DNA from: a virus
Virus record (IMG/VR): IMGVR_UViG_3300047160_002226
Location: 52,150-116,149 of that record
Length of the DNA stretch: 64,000 nt
Strand: one strand, 5' to 3'
The position numbers and the translations under genes were made by a program. The notes under the pieces are model-generated. The model was not told where the DNA came from. It saw only the letters and a program-made list of their open reading frames with translations, and ran no database searches. How positions within the stretch are numbered: the stretch's first letter is position 1; each line of letters begins with the position of its first letter. Below are positions 47,894 through 57,650 of the stretch, one piece after another.

Positions 47894-48621
47894 TGCTTGG
47901 TAAGGGCAAGAAGCGTGGCCGCACGAAGAGCGGAGACACAGTTCCGCATCTCAACTACTTTACCAAGTGCAACCTATATCGCATTCAAAAGCTCTACTTC
48001 TACTGGTTCATCTGGCACAAAGCTACAGATCTGAACCAGCTAGCAGTGATGCTGTCGGCCTATGTTGGATACATCTGGAGGCGGGGGTGGGGTAAGAAGC
48101 CCATCGATCCAGATCTACTTGATCCTGTGACGTACAAGCTCATCATGCTGTTCCACGACGAACGAATCCCCTTCCATCGTAAGGCTCTATCGAAGTTCCT
48201 TCACGTAACGACACGGCGAGCGATCCTAGATGAAATGGATCGCATGTATCCAGGGATGCCTAAAGCCGATCACTCGATGATGCTGAACCCAAAGCGGTTC
48301 AAGACTGACACTGACATCGATGCTGCGATCTTCTTGAAGGAGTTGAACGGCGTCATCCTCAAGAAGTTCCGCACAGCTATCCGCTTCGCTGGAGCTGAAC
48401 GCGCTGCATGTGTGTCAATCGCAACGACGCTCCTCTTCATCGGGAAGGCCCCCTCTTACAAGCTCATCAGGTCGAAATACGGTATCCGTCCTCGCCACGT
48501 CCGTTTCTTCAATGACTTCGTGCGCATTGTCATCAGAAACGAACTCTACGATATGCGCGCTTCCATGCCTAGAATCTTTTCTGAATCAGATAGCGCGAGG
48601 ATTTATGGGAACGATGAATAA
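47875..48621 (+). CDS. Putative sigma-factor-like transcription regulator
   Basis: ALSKFLHVTTRRAILDEM resembles sigma region 2.4; C-terminal HTH-like segment. Confidence 0.4.
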   Translation: MANGTLVLGKGKKRGRTKSGDTVPHLNYFTKCNLYRIQKLYFYWFIWHKATDLNQLAVMLSAYVGYIWRRGWGKKPIDPDLLDPVTYKLIMLFHDERIPFHRKALSKFLHVTTRRAILDEMDRMYPGMPKADHSMMLNPKRFKTDTDIDAAIFLKELNGVILKKFRTAIRFAGAERAACVSIATTLLFIGKAPSYKLIRSKYGIRPRHVRFFNDFVRIVIRNELYDMRASMPRIFSESDSARIYGNDE

Positions 48622-49042
48622 TGAGTTCGACGCTTATCTGTCGATCTTCGATAAGAACGCATCCCGTTACATTGACGTGCTCCAGGTGGCTCTTCTACGC
48701 ATAGGCCGTTGTAGCATATTGCCAGAGCTGTATGAGGTCTTCGGTCAAGAAAAGTTGCTCAAGTTCTTGGATATCTTCTCTGGAACAACTGTTGAAGTCC
48801 CATCGCGTGCCTTGCTGGAACATGCCGTTCGTGACACATACATCTACGTGAGTATCAGGAAGGTCGAGTACAACGGGGGCGCTCGATCCGAGGTCATCAA
48901 GACTCTAGCGCGTCGTTACGGGATTTCCGACGACCGCGTGCGGTCTATCTATTTGGAGATGAAGAACTATCTTGACGGATTGAACATAAAGGTAACACCT
49001 ATCGAGGAAAAGGCAGGCGTTAGCGTCAATGAAGGACCGTAA
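48614..49042 (+). CDS. Mor/C-family-like transcription activator
   Basis: FLDIFSGTTVEVPS...RD..IY...IKTLARRYGISDDRVRSI. Confidence 0.65.
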   Translation: MNNEFDAYLSIFDKNASRYIDVLQVALLRIGRCSILPELYEVFGQEKLLKFLDIFSGTTVEVPSRALLEHAVRDTYIYVSIRKVEYNGGARSEVIKTLARRYGISDDRVRSIYLEMKNYLDGLNIKVTPIEEKAGVSVNEGP

Positions 49043-49688
49043 GAAGCGCATTCGCGACAAAGCTACACAACTTCGGCCAGTGAAGGTCGAGGATTCTGTC
49101 ACTGAGCAGCCTTCTGAGCTGCTTGGAAAGGTCGCGACATGGGCTTCCCAAGGCATCAAGCCTGACTTCTCTTCTCATGACGGTTTGCGTCACATTCTAG
49201 CTGAGTCTCGTGACCGCAGCGCGATGTTCATGGCTATCATGGCTGTCCATCGACTTAACCGTCTAGCAAAACTCGTTGGAGCCACAGATCAGATCGAAGA
49301 GCGGCTCTTCAACGCAGACACCATCCGTGAGATGGACATCGACCAGCTCATCTTCACGCTCCGCACCGCTGAGCAGATTCAGAAGGACGCTATTGCCTTT
49401 GTCAACGGCGCCGTTGTTGATAACACTTCTGGGGCGCAGGTTCTCATCAACATGGTCGATGCAAGGCAGCTCAATCTCGGTCGCGGGGATGTTCCAAACT
49501 CCCGTTCTCGCGAGGCAGCTCGTCAAGCTGTCGCTGCGCTAATGCAGCAGTTTGGGGGAATGGTCAATGGAACCATCGTCAAATCCGAACCCGCAGGACC
49601 CCAAGTTCCCCTCAACGGGAATGGGCATGTCCCAGGAGGAACTAACGGCACTACTCCTGGCAGCGGGGGCGGATCCAACAGTCATTGA
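49029..49688 (+). CDS. Hypothetical protein, candidate terminase small subunit
   Basis: Helical protein immediately upstream of and overlapping terL. Confidence 0.45.
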   Translation: MKDRKKRIRDKATQLRPVKVEDSVTEQPSELLGKVATWASQGIKPDFSSHDGLRHILAESRDRSAMFMAIMAVHRLNRLAKLVGATDQIEERLFNADTIREMDIDQLIFTLRTAEQIQKDAIAFVNGAVVDNTSGAQVLINMVDARQLNLGRGDVPNSRSREAARQAVAALMQQFGGMVNGTIVKSEPAGPQVPLNGNGHVPGGTNGTTPGSGGGSNSH

Positions 49689-51576
49689 GAAGATTCTCTC
49701 CAACCTCTCTCCAGAGGAGAGGGTTTGGGCTCTCCAGAGCTTCAAGGAGATGATCGAGCAAGGCTCGTCACCTACATTGGAAGCTCTGTACACGATGGAT
49801 TTCGTCAGACGCCCTGTAGATATCGAGACATTCGTCAAGGATAAGTTCTATCTAGGGAACACTTGCGACAACATCTACGATGCTTGGGTTGACGAGTTGA
49901 ACTACGTCTTCGCACCTAACTCTGGCATCTACGAGTGGATTCTGACTGGATGCATTGGAGGCGGCAAGACGTGGGTGGCCTCTATCGCCCAGCTCTACAA
50001 GCTCTACGTCCTATCATGCGTAAGGTCGATCAACCAGTTCCTCACAGATGGAATTCTAGCCGAGAAGGGACCGACTTACTTCGGTATCTATGCTCTTGAC
50101 GTTCGCACAGCGGAAGACAATGCCTTCACCTACATGAAGACATTTGTTGACAATAGCCCTTACTTCAACAAGTACTTCTCGCGTTACAAGAAGCGCAACG
50201 ATATGCTCCGCTTCCCGCAAGACGTGACTGTGAAGATGGGCTCTAGTGAACTTCACTCCATCGGTCGTAACCTTCTTTGCGTTCTTCTGGATGAGCTGAA
50301 CTTCATGCAGGGTGGCGCGGGCGACCAAGGCCAGGCATACCGCCTTTACAACTCCGTCCGCGCGCGTCTTGTCTCCCGTTACCTCATCAACGGCAAGCTT
50401 CCAGGGCTCATGTGCCTTGTTTCGTCACGTCGAGCCAGTACGGACTGGCTTGAGAAGCACATGGAGACCGTTAGGAACGATGCCCACGTTCACATCTCTG
50501 ACTTCGCTATCTGGGAAGTCAAGCCACCTGAGATCTACAGCGGTAAGACCTTCCGCGTAGCTATCGGAGATCGCTTCCGTCCTTCACGCATCCTCAAGGC
50601 CGCAGATCCGATCCCAGAGGCTCAGACCATCCTCGATGTGCCCGTCGAGCACAAGCTCGACTTCGAGCGCAATATCGACCAGGCTATCCGCGAATTCGCA
50701 GGCAAGCCGACGTACACCATCTCGAACTACCTCACAGATCGCTCGAAGATCACGAAATGCGCAACCTCGAAGCTTCCACATCCGTTCTCTAAGGAAGTCA
50801 TCGAGCTGGATTACCGTGAGGATACACCTATTGGCAACTGGTTCCTCACCGACACAGTATGCAAAGTCTTCGATTCTCGCTACCGTCCGAGGCTGAACCC
50901 ACTAGCCTCCCGTTTCGTTCACGTTGACCTTGCAATCAATGGTGACTGTGCTGGCATCGCCATGGGCCACATGAGCGGTTGGGATAAACAGGACCGTCCT
51001 ATCAAGGATGCTCTCAAGTATAGGGTAGAAGCCGCGAAGATCACTATTGACTTCGTCCTTCGTATCAAGGCTGCAACTGGAAGCGAGATTGACATCTCAG
51101 CTATTCGAGAGTTCATCGTCTTCCTGCGTAAGAACGGTTTCCTCGTAGAAAAGGCCACCTACGACGGTTTCCAGTCGCGTAGCTCGATCCAAGATCTCGT
51201 AAAGGTCGGTCTCAATTCTGAGTGGCTGTCAGTAGACGTAAAACGTGAACCATACGAGTATCTTTGGACGTTCCTCATGGATGAGCGTATCTCTTACTAC
51301 GGCTACCAGCCGTTCATGGAGGAAGTAGCTCACCTAAGAAGGGTCATCAATCCAAAGACCAACAAGGTAAAGGTCGATCACCCAGAGGAAGGATCAAAGG
51401 ACTGTTCCGATGCTGTTGCAGGAGTTGTGTATAACGTCCTAGAATCCGTTCAGACAGGCCAGCCAGGACTTCCTGTTCGGGCTACAGAAGGCACATCCGT
51501 TATGGACCACATCGCTCGTTACGAGATGACCAAGGATGGAGTTGTCACGGGTGTTGTTGTCGATGGCTTGAGGTAA
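49627..51576 (+). CDS. terL: Terminase large subunit (start uncertain, 49552-49627)
   Basis: TGCIGGGKT, LLDELNF, FVHVDLA, TYDGFQS, KVDHP..GSKDCSDA. Confidence 0.92.
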   Translation: MSQEELTALLLAAGADPTVIEKILSNLSPEERVWALQSFKEMIEQGSSPTLEALYTMDFVRRPVDIETFVKDKFYLGNTCDNIYDAWVDELNYVFAPNSGIYEWILTGCIGGGKTWVASIAQLYKLYVLSCVRSINQFLTDGILAEKGPTYFGIYALDVRTAEDNAFTYMKTFVDNSPYFNKYFSRYKKRNDMLRFPQDVTVKMGSSELHSIGRNLLCVLLDELNFMQGGAGDQGQAYRLYNSVRARLVSRYLINGKLPGLMCLVSSRRASTDWLEKHMETVRNDAHVHISDFAIWEVKPPEIYSGKTFRVAIGDRFRPSRILKAADPIPEAQTILDVPVEHKLDFERNIDQAIREFAGKPTYTISNYLTDRSKITKCATSKLPHPFSKEVIELDYREDTPIGNWFLTDTVCKVFDSRYRPRLNPLASRFVHVDLAINGDCAGIAMGHMSGWDKQDRPIKDALKYRVEAAKITIDFVLRIKAATGSEIDISAIREFIVFLRKNGFLVEKATYDGFQSRSSIQDLVKVGLNSEWLSVDVKREPYEYLWTFLMDERISYYGYQPFMEEVAHLRRVINPKTNKVKVDHPEEGSKDCSDAVAGVVYNVLESVQTGQPGLPVRATEGTSVMDHIARYEMTKDGVVTGVVVDGLR

Positions 51577-51590
51577 CAGAGGGAAAAACT

Positions 51591-53171
51591 ATGGGCCTCT
51601 TTGACTTTCTGCAAGTTCGCAATCTCTTCGGTCTTGACACGCCTTACCACAAGGTCAAAGACCCTATTGGCGATGATCCACTGTTCGCTAGTGCGGCTTG
51701 GAAGTACTACGATCAGAAGATGCGTCGAGCTAAGGATCGTATGTCCAAGTACAGAGATTATGAGCGTATGGATGAGTATGAACTCATCGCCTCCGCGCTC
51801 GATCTCTACGCCGAGGATTGCTGCCAGCTTGATGCTGAGCACAGCAAGACGATTTGGGTTGAATCAGCCAACGCCGACGTGATGCGCGTTGCTCACGCCA
51901 TGTTCGAGCGCGTGAGCATGGAGGAGAAGATCTCCTCTATCACGCGAAAGATGTGTAAATACGGCGACAATTTCGTTGCCCTCTCGTGGGATACCGACAC
52001 AGGTAATATCATCCATCTCCAGTCACCGTATCCTGCCCAGATCTCACGTGTGCAAGAGAAGGGACAGCTTCTAGGCTTCAACCCAGGCCCAGACGGAGAA
52101 CGGCTTGACAAGAGCGGGACCGTCAAGTGGAAGCCATGGGAGATCATTCATTTCCGTATGCCTGCCCGCGACGGAGATGACCTCTACGGTGACTCTATTC
52201 TCTACCCCGCTGCTTCCGCTTGGGAGCAGCTCAAGATGTCAGAAGATTCGATGGTTGTCTACCGTCTCCAACGTGCTCCCGACCGTTTGATCTACTACAT
52301 CGACGTTGGCACGGCTACAGCCGAGGAAGCCTACGACATTGTCAATCGCTGGCGTAAGGCGATCAAGAAGCGTGAGCACCTCGATACACAGGGCCAGGAC
52401 TACCGCAACCAGTGGAATCCACAGGCAGCGGACGCAGACCTCTTCTGGCCGATTCGTGAGGGCTCGCAGAGCCGTGTAGACAAACTACCTGGCTCAACTA
52501 ACATCGGTGAGATCGCAGACGTTGAATATCTGCGCAACAAGCTGTTCGGCGCGCTTAGGATCCCAAAGGCGTTCATGGGCTTCGATGATGCGGCTGGTGG
52601 CTCACTCTCTGGTGACGCACCGCTGACGACACAGAGCGTCCGCTTCGCTGCAACGATCAAGGGAATCCGTAAGTCGCTCCTGACAGGTATCCGTCGTCTC
52701 ATCGCGATCCAGATGGTATACAAGAGACTTGACCCACACGACGAGAAGAATTCGTATACTGTGAACATGGCGCCGATCTCTTACCTTGACGACCTCATGC
52801 GGTCGAAGATCTACGCGCTCCGTACACAAATGACAAACGACGCGATGAACATGGGTATCAACCTAGAGTTCATCAATAAGCAAAAGTGGGTGGCTTGGGC
52901 GCTTCGTCGGTTCTTCCGCCTCTCGGAGAATGAAATCGAACAATTCATTGACGCATTGCCAGCAGATGTTCAAGGACCCGACCAAGTCGGGCCTGATGCT
53001 GATAAACTAGTCCAGCTCGTCGCGAGTGATCCAATGAAACTAGGAAACCTCGTGGAAGCCTACGTGGCCCACAAGGTCAGCAGTGAAATGGATGGGACAG
53101 AGCAAACGGCGCACTACCCCGATAACTTCGAGGCCAACCCGCTTCCGCCGATGGAAGACATTACTCTATGA
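51591..53171 (+). CDS. Portal protein, T4 gp20-like
   Basis: IIHFR, QLKMSEDSMVVYRLQRAPDRLIYYIDVG, LPG..N.GEI.DVEYLRNKLFGALRIPK. Confidence 0.95.
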   Translation: MGLFDFLQVRNLFGLDTPYHKVKDPIGDDPLFASAAWKYYDQKMRRAKDRMSKYRDYERMDEYELIASALDLYAEDCCQLDAEHSKTIWVESANADVMRVAHAMFERVSMEEKISSITRKMCKYGDNFVALSWDTDTGNIIHLQSPYPAQISRVQEKGQLLGFNPGPDGERLDKSGTVKWKPWEIIHFRMPARDGDDLYGDSILYPAASAWEQLKMSEDSMVVYRLQRAPDRLIYYIDVGTATAEEAYDIVNRWRKAIKKREHLDTQGQDYRNQWNPQAADADLFWPIREGSQSRVDKLPGSTNIGEIADVEYLRNKLFGALRIPKAFMGFDDAAGGSLSGDAPLTTQSVRFAATIKGIRKSLLTGIRRLIAIQMVYKRLDPHDEKNSYTVNMAPISYLDDLMRSKIYALRTQMTNDAMNMGINLEFINKQKWVAWALRRFFRLSENEIEQFIDALPADVQGPDQVGPDADKLVQLVASDPMKLGNLVEAYVAHKVSSEMDGTEQTAHYPDNFEANPLPPMEDITL

Positions 53172-53515
53172 AAGGGAATCGTATGGATATGCGAGATCTG
53201 GTGAACAAGCTGTGTGTCAAGTGCGATTGCACGAGAGCCGAGGCAACACGGTTCGTGAAGTCGTTCCTTGGCGTTGTCAAGGAAGAGCTGAACACGGAGA
53301 AGGACTTCCGCCTTACAGGCGTTGGCACTCTACGGCTCAAGGAGAAGCCACCGCGTAAGGTGTGGAGCAACCTCACGAAGAACTACGTTGATGTTGGCAG
53401 AAGGTTCCGCCTCACTGTACGCACATCACCTGCCTTCGCTAAGGAGCTAGCAGCTCAGCCAGAGACAAAGGCTCAGGCGGTTCAGGCACAAGCTCCTACA
53501 CAGCCATCGTCATGA
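53168..53515 (+). CDS. HU/IHF-like DNA-binding protein
   Basis: EA...V..FL......L.....FRLTGVGTL......PRK.. Confidence 0.8.
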   Translation: MKGNRMDMRDLVNKLCVKCDCTRAEATRFVKSFLGVVKEELNTEKDFRLTGVGTLRLKEKPPRKVWSNLTKNYVDVGRRFRLTVRTSPAFAKELAAQPETKAQAVQAQAPTQPSS

Positions 53516-54390
53516 TCGTTACACCTGGCGCTCCACCCCTTGTCGAGTCGAAGGCTGTTGGAAAACACGATTTCAACATCCAGAGGGACGTTGTCCTTCT
53601 CAACGCGACAAGACAAGGGGTGAAGTTCCAGAGGTCTCACGCTGCTGCCCACGATGCAGCTCGTGAGAAGCTCGATGGAGTACTTGAAGCAGCCTATGAA
53701 CGCGGCGTAAGCTATATCGAGAAGTACTTGCAGAATCGTATCTCATTCGAGGAGCTACAACGAGGGGTGCGTAGCTCACTCTGGCAGGGTTACAATCGTT
53801 CCTTCGAGCTTGGAATGCGCTCCACAGGCGCCTCGAAGATCCTAGCCGCCCATCCTCCCCTCTATGCCATCACTCATGCGGATCGAGCTTGGCTGAACTC
53901 AGCCTTCCAGACGGAGCTTCGTTTTCTAAATGGTTTCCTTGATGATATCCGTAAGGGGCGGCTACCAGCTACACAGCTTCCCATATCACCTCAAGGTAAG
54001 CTGATAACGACTCCTGGCAACCAGCCAGTTACTATCTTGCCTCATCGTGAGATTCCGCCAGCATGGCTCCGACGCTATGGTATGTATATCGCAGCGATTG
54101 GGTCTGTGTTCTATTCGGGTCGTGTCATGGTGACACCTCCGAATCACGTCATCTTCTGGTTGGCAAAGCTGGATGGGAAAACGTGTCCTCAGTGTCGTTA
54201 TATGGCACGGAACTCGCCCTACACCAAGTACAATCTCCCTATCACGCCTGCATCTGGATTCACCCGATGCCTGGGCAACTGTCGGTGTCGGATCCAGCTC
54301 CAAGAAGTGAACACGGAATACTTCACGGAGCTTGTATCGCATTCCGTGACCCGTGAGACCCACATGAGGAAGCTAAAGACCGCTGTTTGA
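53512..54390 (+). CDS. Head morphogenesis protein (Mu gpF / SPP1 gp7-like)
   Basis: W.A.LD.KTCPQC....SPY...LP..P....C..NCRC. Confidence 0.7.
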   Translation: MIVTPGAPPLVESKAVGKHDFNIQRDVVLLNATRQGVKFQRSHAAAHDAAREKLDGVLEAAYERGVSYIEKYLQNRISFEELQRGVRSSLWQGYNRSFELGMRSTGASKILAAHPPLYAITHADRAWLNSAFQTELRFLNGFLDDIRKGRLPATQLPISPQGKLITTPGNQPVTILPHREIPPAWLRRYGMYIAAIGSVFYSGRVMVTPPNHVIFWLAKLDGKTCPQCRYMARNSPYTKYNLPITPASGFTRCLGNCRCRIQLQEVNTEYFTELVSHSVTRETHMRKLKTAV

Positions 54391-54519
54391 GCCACTTACC
54401 TCGTACCGTCGTCGTAAATCCCCAAAACTCTGGAATGTCCGTGTCATTGACGGTAGTATGAGGCCAGAAACGAGGGATGGCCCCATGAGACCCGATGGAT
54501 GAACTGGAAGGTGTAAGAC

Positions 54520-55374
54520 ATGACCGCAACTAATACTGTCACAAAGCCCTCTGCTGAGCTGTTGCAGAAGTATGTGATCGGAACGGAAGCTGTTGACGCA
54601 ACCGCTGTCGTGGATATGCTCACGACCTGGCTCGTGGATGGCGACCCTTCGTCTCCTGAGTTTGAGGAACTCGTCAAGAAGACGGAGGAAGCTGGACTCC
54701 TCAAGCCTGGTCTCCTTGAAGCTGTCCGTGGTGCCAAGGCTATGAAGCCTACTCCTACTCCTGCCCCTGAGCCAGAGGAAGAGAAGGCTGAGGACGAGCC
54801 TGCGGCAGAAGAGCCCGCCAAGCCCAAGACGAAGCGTGGTCGGAAGCCGAAGGCTGAGAAGCCTGAGAAGCCCCCGAAGGAGCCCAAGCCGAAGAAGGAG
54901 CCGAAGGCCAAGAAGCCGAAGGTCGAGAAGCCCCCGAAGGCTCCGAGGAAGAGGCGGATTCCGAAGGCTATCAACGGCATCCCGACTCTTGCAGCTCTGC
55001 TAGAGGCCAAGGGCGACACGGAGGTCAAGGTCTCGTGGCCTGACGCCTACGCTGCGAAGCTTAGCCATGACATCCTCGCGCGCCACGGCTTCAAGACGGA
55101 GGTTGACAGCCGCGTTCCTGGTGGCACCCTTGAGCCCCACGGGCGCAAGGTCACACAGACGATCCAGGTCCGTCACCGTCGCGATGCTGTGTTCGGCTCA
55201 CGCAAGAAGGGCGTTGTCGGACGATTCATCGAGCGCTTCGTCAAGGAATTCCAAGATAGCGCCGATGGACTCATCGCAAGCATCGTCATGAGGTCTGACC
55301 AGGACCCCGTCAAGATGGAATCGCTCCCCGAGCCTGAGATGCAGGAGGGGGAAAGCGCACCTGAGACGGAATAG
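54520..55374 (+). CDS. Hypothetical protein with histone-H1-like Lys/Pro-rich segment
   Basis: KPKTKRGRKPKAEKPEKPPKEPKPKK repeats; GGAAGGT RBS. Confidence 0.65.
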   Translation: MTATNTVTKPSAELLQKYVIGTEAVDATAVVDMLTTWLVDGDPSSPEFEELVKKTEEAGLLKPGLLEAVRGAKAMKPTPTPAPEPEEEKAEDEPAAEEPAKPKTKRGRKPKAEKPEKPPKEPKPKKEPKAKKPKVEKPPKAPRKRRIPKAINGIPTLAALLEAKGDTEVKVSWPDAYAAKLSHDILARHGFKTEVDSRVPGGTLEPHGRKVTQTIQVRHRRDAVFGSRKKGVVGRFIERFVKEFQDSADGLIASIVMRSDQDPVKMESLPEPEMQEGESAPETE

Positions 55375-55420
55375 AGAAGCGCAAAGACTCGTCAGCTCGA
55401 TCCGAGCGAGATCGCTTCTC

Positions 55421-55466
55421 CAAGAGACTCCTGTTGACGTGACCAACAGGAGTCTCTTGTTTTCTT
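55421..55466 (+). terminator. Intrinsic terminator
   Basis: 16-bp perfect stem CAAGAGACTCCTGTTG/CAACAGGAGTCTCTTG followed by TTTTCTT. Confidence 0.8.
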
Positions 55467-55504
55467 GGTTCATGGTATAGTCTACGAGCGGGTGAAGAAC
55501 ACCG

Positions 55505-56074
55505 ATGTCAATCATAGTCACATTCTCTGACAACGAGTTGGCTCATCTCGACGCTACTGCCGCATCCGTTTCTGGGCGGCGTGGAGATCGTCGGCCAAAC
55601 CCAACATTCATCGATGGGAAATCGACTAAGGGCGGTTATACACAAGCAGAAGCGGACTATATCGCGATGAAGGGTGAATATGCTGTCGCAAAGCTCTTCG
55701 GGCTTCCGCTAGAAGCCTGCGATATGACGCAGCTTCACGTAACGAAACCAAATTACGATCACGATCTCATTCTTCCAGATGGGCGAACAGCTCAGATTAA
55801 GGCTATCAAGCAACGAACGTTTACTACCAGCTACCCATTTCTCTTCGCCTTGGAGACTACAGATCCAAATGACATCAAAGCCGATCTTGGGTTGTTGGCG
55901 CTGTTGCTCCCGAACAAGTACCAGGTTCGCGTTCCTGGCTGGTTTACCCGAGAGCAGTTCGTAGTATGGCATGAAATAAAGGATCTCGGAACTGGTAAGA
56001 GAGCTGTGCTTCCAATCAGTAAGATGACGCCTATGTTCGCGCTCTTAAATGAGTATCAGGTAGGTGTCTGCTGA
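55505..56074 (+). CDS. PD-(D/E)XK-like protein
   Basis: KGEYAVAK...DHDLIL.DG...QIK. Confidence 0.55.
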   Translation: MSIIVTFSDNELAHLDATAASVSGRRGDRRPNPTFIDGKSTKGGYTQAEADYIAMKGEYAVAKLFGLPLEACDMTQLHVTKPNYDHDLILPDGRTAQIKAIKQRTFTTSYPFLFALETTDPNDIKADLGLLALLLPNKYQVRVPGWFTREQFVVWHEIKDLGTGKRAVLPISKMTPMFALLNEYQVGVC

Positions 56075-56076
56075 AC

Positions 56077-56150
56077 GGGCGAGTGGCGGAACAGGCATAC
56101 GCGCAGGTCTTAGGCACCTGTTTTTGCGGGTTCGACTCCCGCCTCGCCCA
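56077..56150 (+). tRNA. tRNA-Leu(TAG), short variable loop, no encoded CCA
   Basis: GGGCGAG/CTCGCCC acceptor; CAGGT-CTTAGGC-ACCTG anticodon arm; GCGGG-TTCGACT-CCCGC T arm. Confidence 0.85.
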
Positions 56151-56217
56151 CTAGCTTTATCCGACGACCTCCTCTACGACCCCCTCTACGACAATCCAAC
56201 TTTCCTCCGAGGGGCTT

Positions 56218-57273
56218 GTGCGCAAGGTATTGTTCGTCACTAGCTACAATCCTTGGCGTCCAACGTCGAGCCCGAAGATGCTGACGCTATCCGTTATGGA
56301 GGCGCTGACCATGCTGGGCTACGACGTTCACGCATACTGCTACGGGCCTCCAACGAGCCCCGACAAAGTCGGACTCCCTATCTCCTCATTTACGTCGTAT
56401 CCAAAATACGAGAGCAAGACCTTCAACTCAGGTGTCAGTATCTTTCTTCACAGCACAGATTCGCGGAAGGATCTCCTCGCTTTCATAGGCCAGCTCAAGC
56501 CAGATCTCTTCGTCGTGGATGGATTCGCTTCTACCCACTGCGCACCATGGCTTGCTATGCTCGACAAAGCTCCAGTTGTCTATCTCGCTCAAAACTGCAC
56601 TCTAGCGCTTGGGCACGATTGGGCAGAGACGGGCGATGCAGATCTCATGGAGATGATCGCGGAGCATGAGGACATCATGGTCCGCAGTGCAGCAAGGGTC
56701 CTCGTATTCTCTGATCGCGATGCGTGGAACTTCCGCGCTCGCTATAAGGCACGCGATGTACGGATTATTCGTCCCTCAGTCTCAGCACCACGCCAGATCG
56801 CCCCCGCTTACCATGGATCGTTCTTCTTCATAGGAGATACACCATGGTATCTCGTTGAGGAAGGGCTAGCAAAGTTCCAAGCAGCTCTATCTAGTAGGCA
56901 ACAAGGAATAGCCGTTGTCAAGAAGACTCTTTCTACGAAGGAGATGAAAGTTCACAACTATGTAAGTGACCCAACGGAGCTGATGAAGGAGTGTCACTGT
57001 GCATTTCTTCCTACAGCTTTAGTCTCAGGTATCGAACCGTGGGTTTTGTACTGTTTGTCTGCAGGACTACCTGTCGTCTCCACAGATGATGTAGTGCAAG
57101 CTTTCCATCCCACGGAGGCATTGAAAACGGACCTTAAAGGGGTCCTAGATCTTCTTCCTGGCGACCATCACGCCCTATCGAAGCTAGGGATGGAGTACGT
57201 CAAGCAACACTACTCGAAGGAAGCCTCTATCGAATCTACGAGGACGGCATTAGATGGTCTTTCGGGCGCGTAG
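56218..57273 (+). CDS. GT-B (GT4-like) glycosyltransferase
   Basis: RKVLFVT..P, LGYDVH, KPDL.VVD, SDRDA, SAGLPVVST. Confidence 0.75.
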   Translation: MRKVLFVTSYNPWRPTSSPKMLTLSVMEALTMLGYDVHAYCYGPPTSPDKVGLPISSFTSYPKYESKTFNSGVSIFLHSTDSRKDLLAFIGQLKPDLFVVDGFASTHCAPWLAMLDKAPVVYLAQNCTLALGHDWAETGDADLMEMIAEHEDIMVRSAARVLVFSDRDAWNFRARYKARDVRIIRPSVSAPRQIAPAYHGSFFFIGDTPWYLVEEGLAKFQAALSSRQQGIAVVKKTLSTKEMKVHNYVSDPTELMKECHCAFLPTALVSGIEPWVLYCLSAGLPVVSTDDVVQAFHPTEALKTDLKGVLDLLPGDHHALSKLGMEYVKQHYSKEASIESTRTALDGLSGA

Positions 57274-57336
57274 CTCAGTGGTCAGAGCATCTCCCTTACA
57301 AGGAGAGGGTCGGGGGTTCGATTCCCTCCGTGCCTA
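57264..57336 (+). tRNA. tRNA-Val(TAC), no encoded CCA
   Basis: TAGCTCAGTGG D arm; TCTCC-CTTACAA-GGAGA anticodon arm; GGTTCGATTCC. Confidence 0.92.
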
Positions 57337-57361
57337 TCCTCTTGGAAAGGAGGATATTCGT

Positions 57362-57640
57362 ATGTCTACGAAGTTGGTAAGACGCGATTACTTCGCGTGC
57401 AACGCCATGCAGGGTCTCCTCGCCGCTATCGGATCCCCCTACATGGAGCCTACGGAGATCAAGATGGCAGCAGAGTTGTCGTATGACATCGCTGACGCGA
57501 TGGTAGCAGCCAGCAATAGCCGTTCGTCCTTTAAGGACGAAGAGATCACCGAAACGGAGACACCGAATGTCCTCACAGTTCAACCAGAGACCATTCGTAA
57601 GCATCGAAACGGGACTCATGTGATGAGAGCGGTGGGATAA
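57362..57640 (+). CDS. Small phage protein of the RDYFA..AMQG family
   Basis: RRDYFACNAMQGLLA...SYDIADAM; GGAGG RBS. Confidence 0.75.
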   Translation: MSTKLVRRDYFACNAMQGLLAAIGSPYMEPTEIKMAAELSYDIADAMVAASNSRSSFKDEEITETETPNVLTVQPETIRKHRNGTHVMRAVG

Positions 57641-57650
57641 GCTCCATGGT

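Noticed and set aside
56161-56192. CRISPR mini-array
   Set aside because: Only two 10-bp repeats 2 nt apart; no spacers.
57254-57361. 5' extension of ORF 57254-57640
   Set aside because: It translates through tRNA-Val; the real start is ATG 57362 with a GGAGG RBS.
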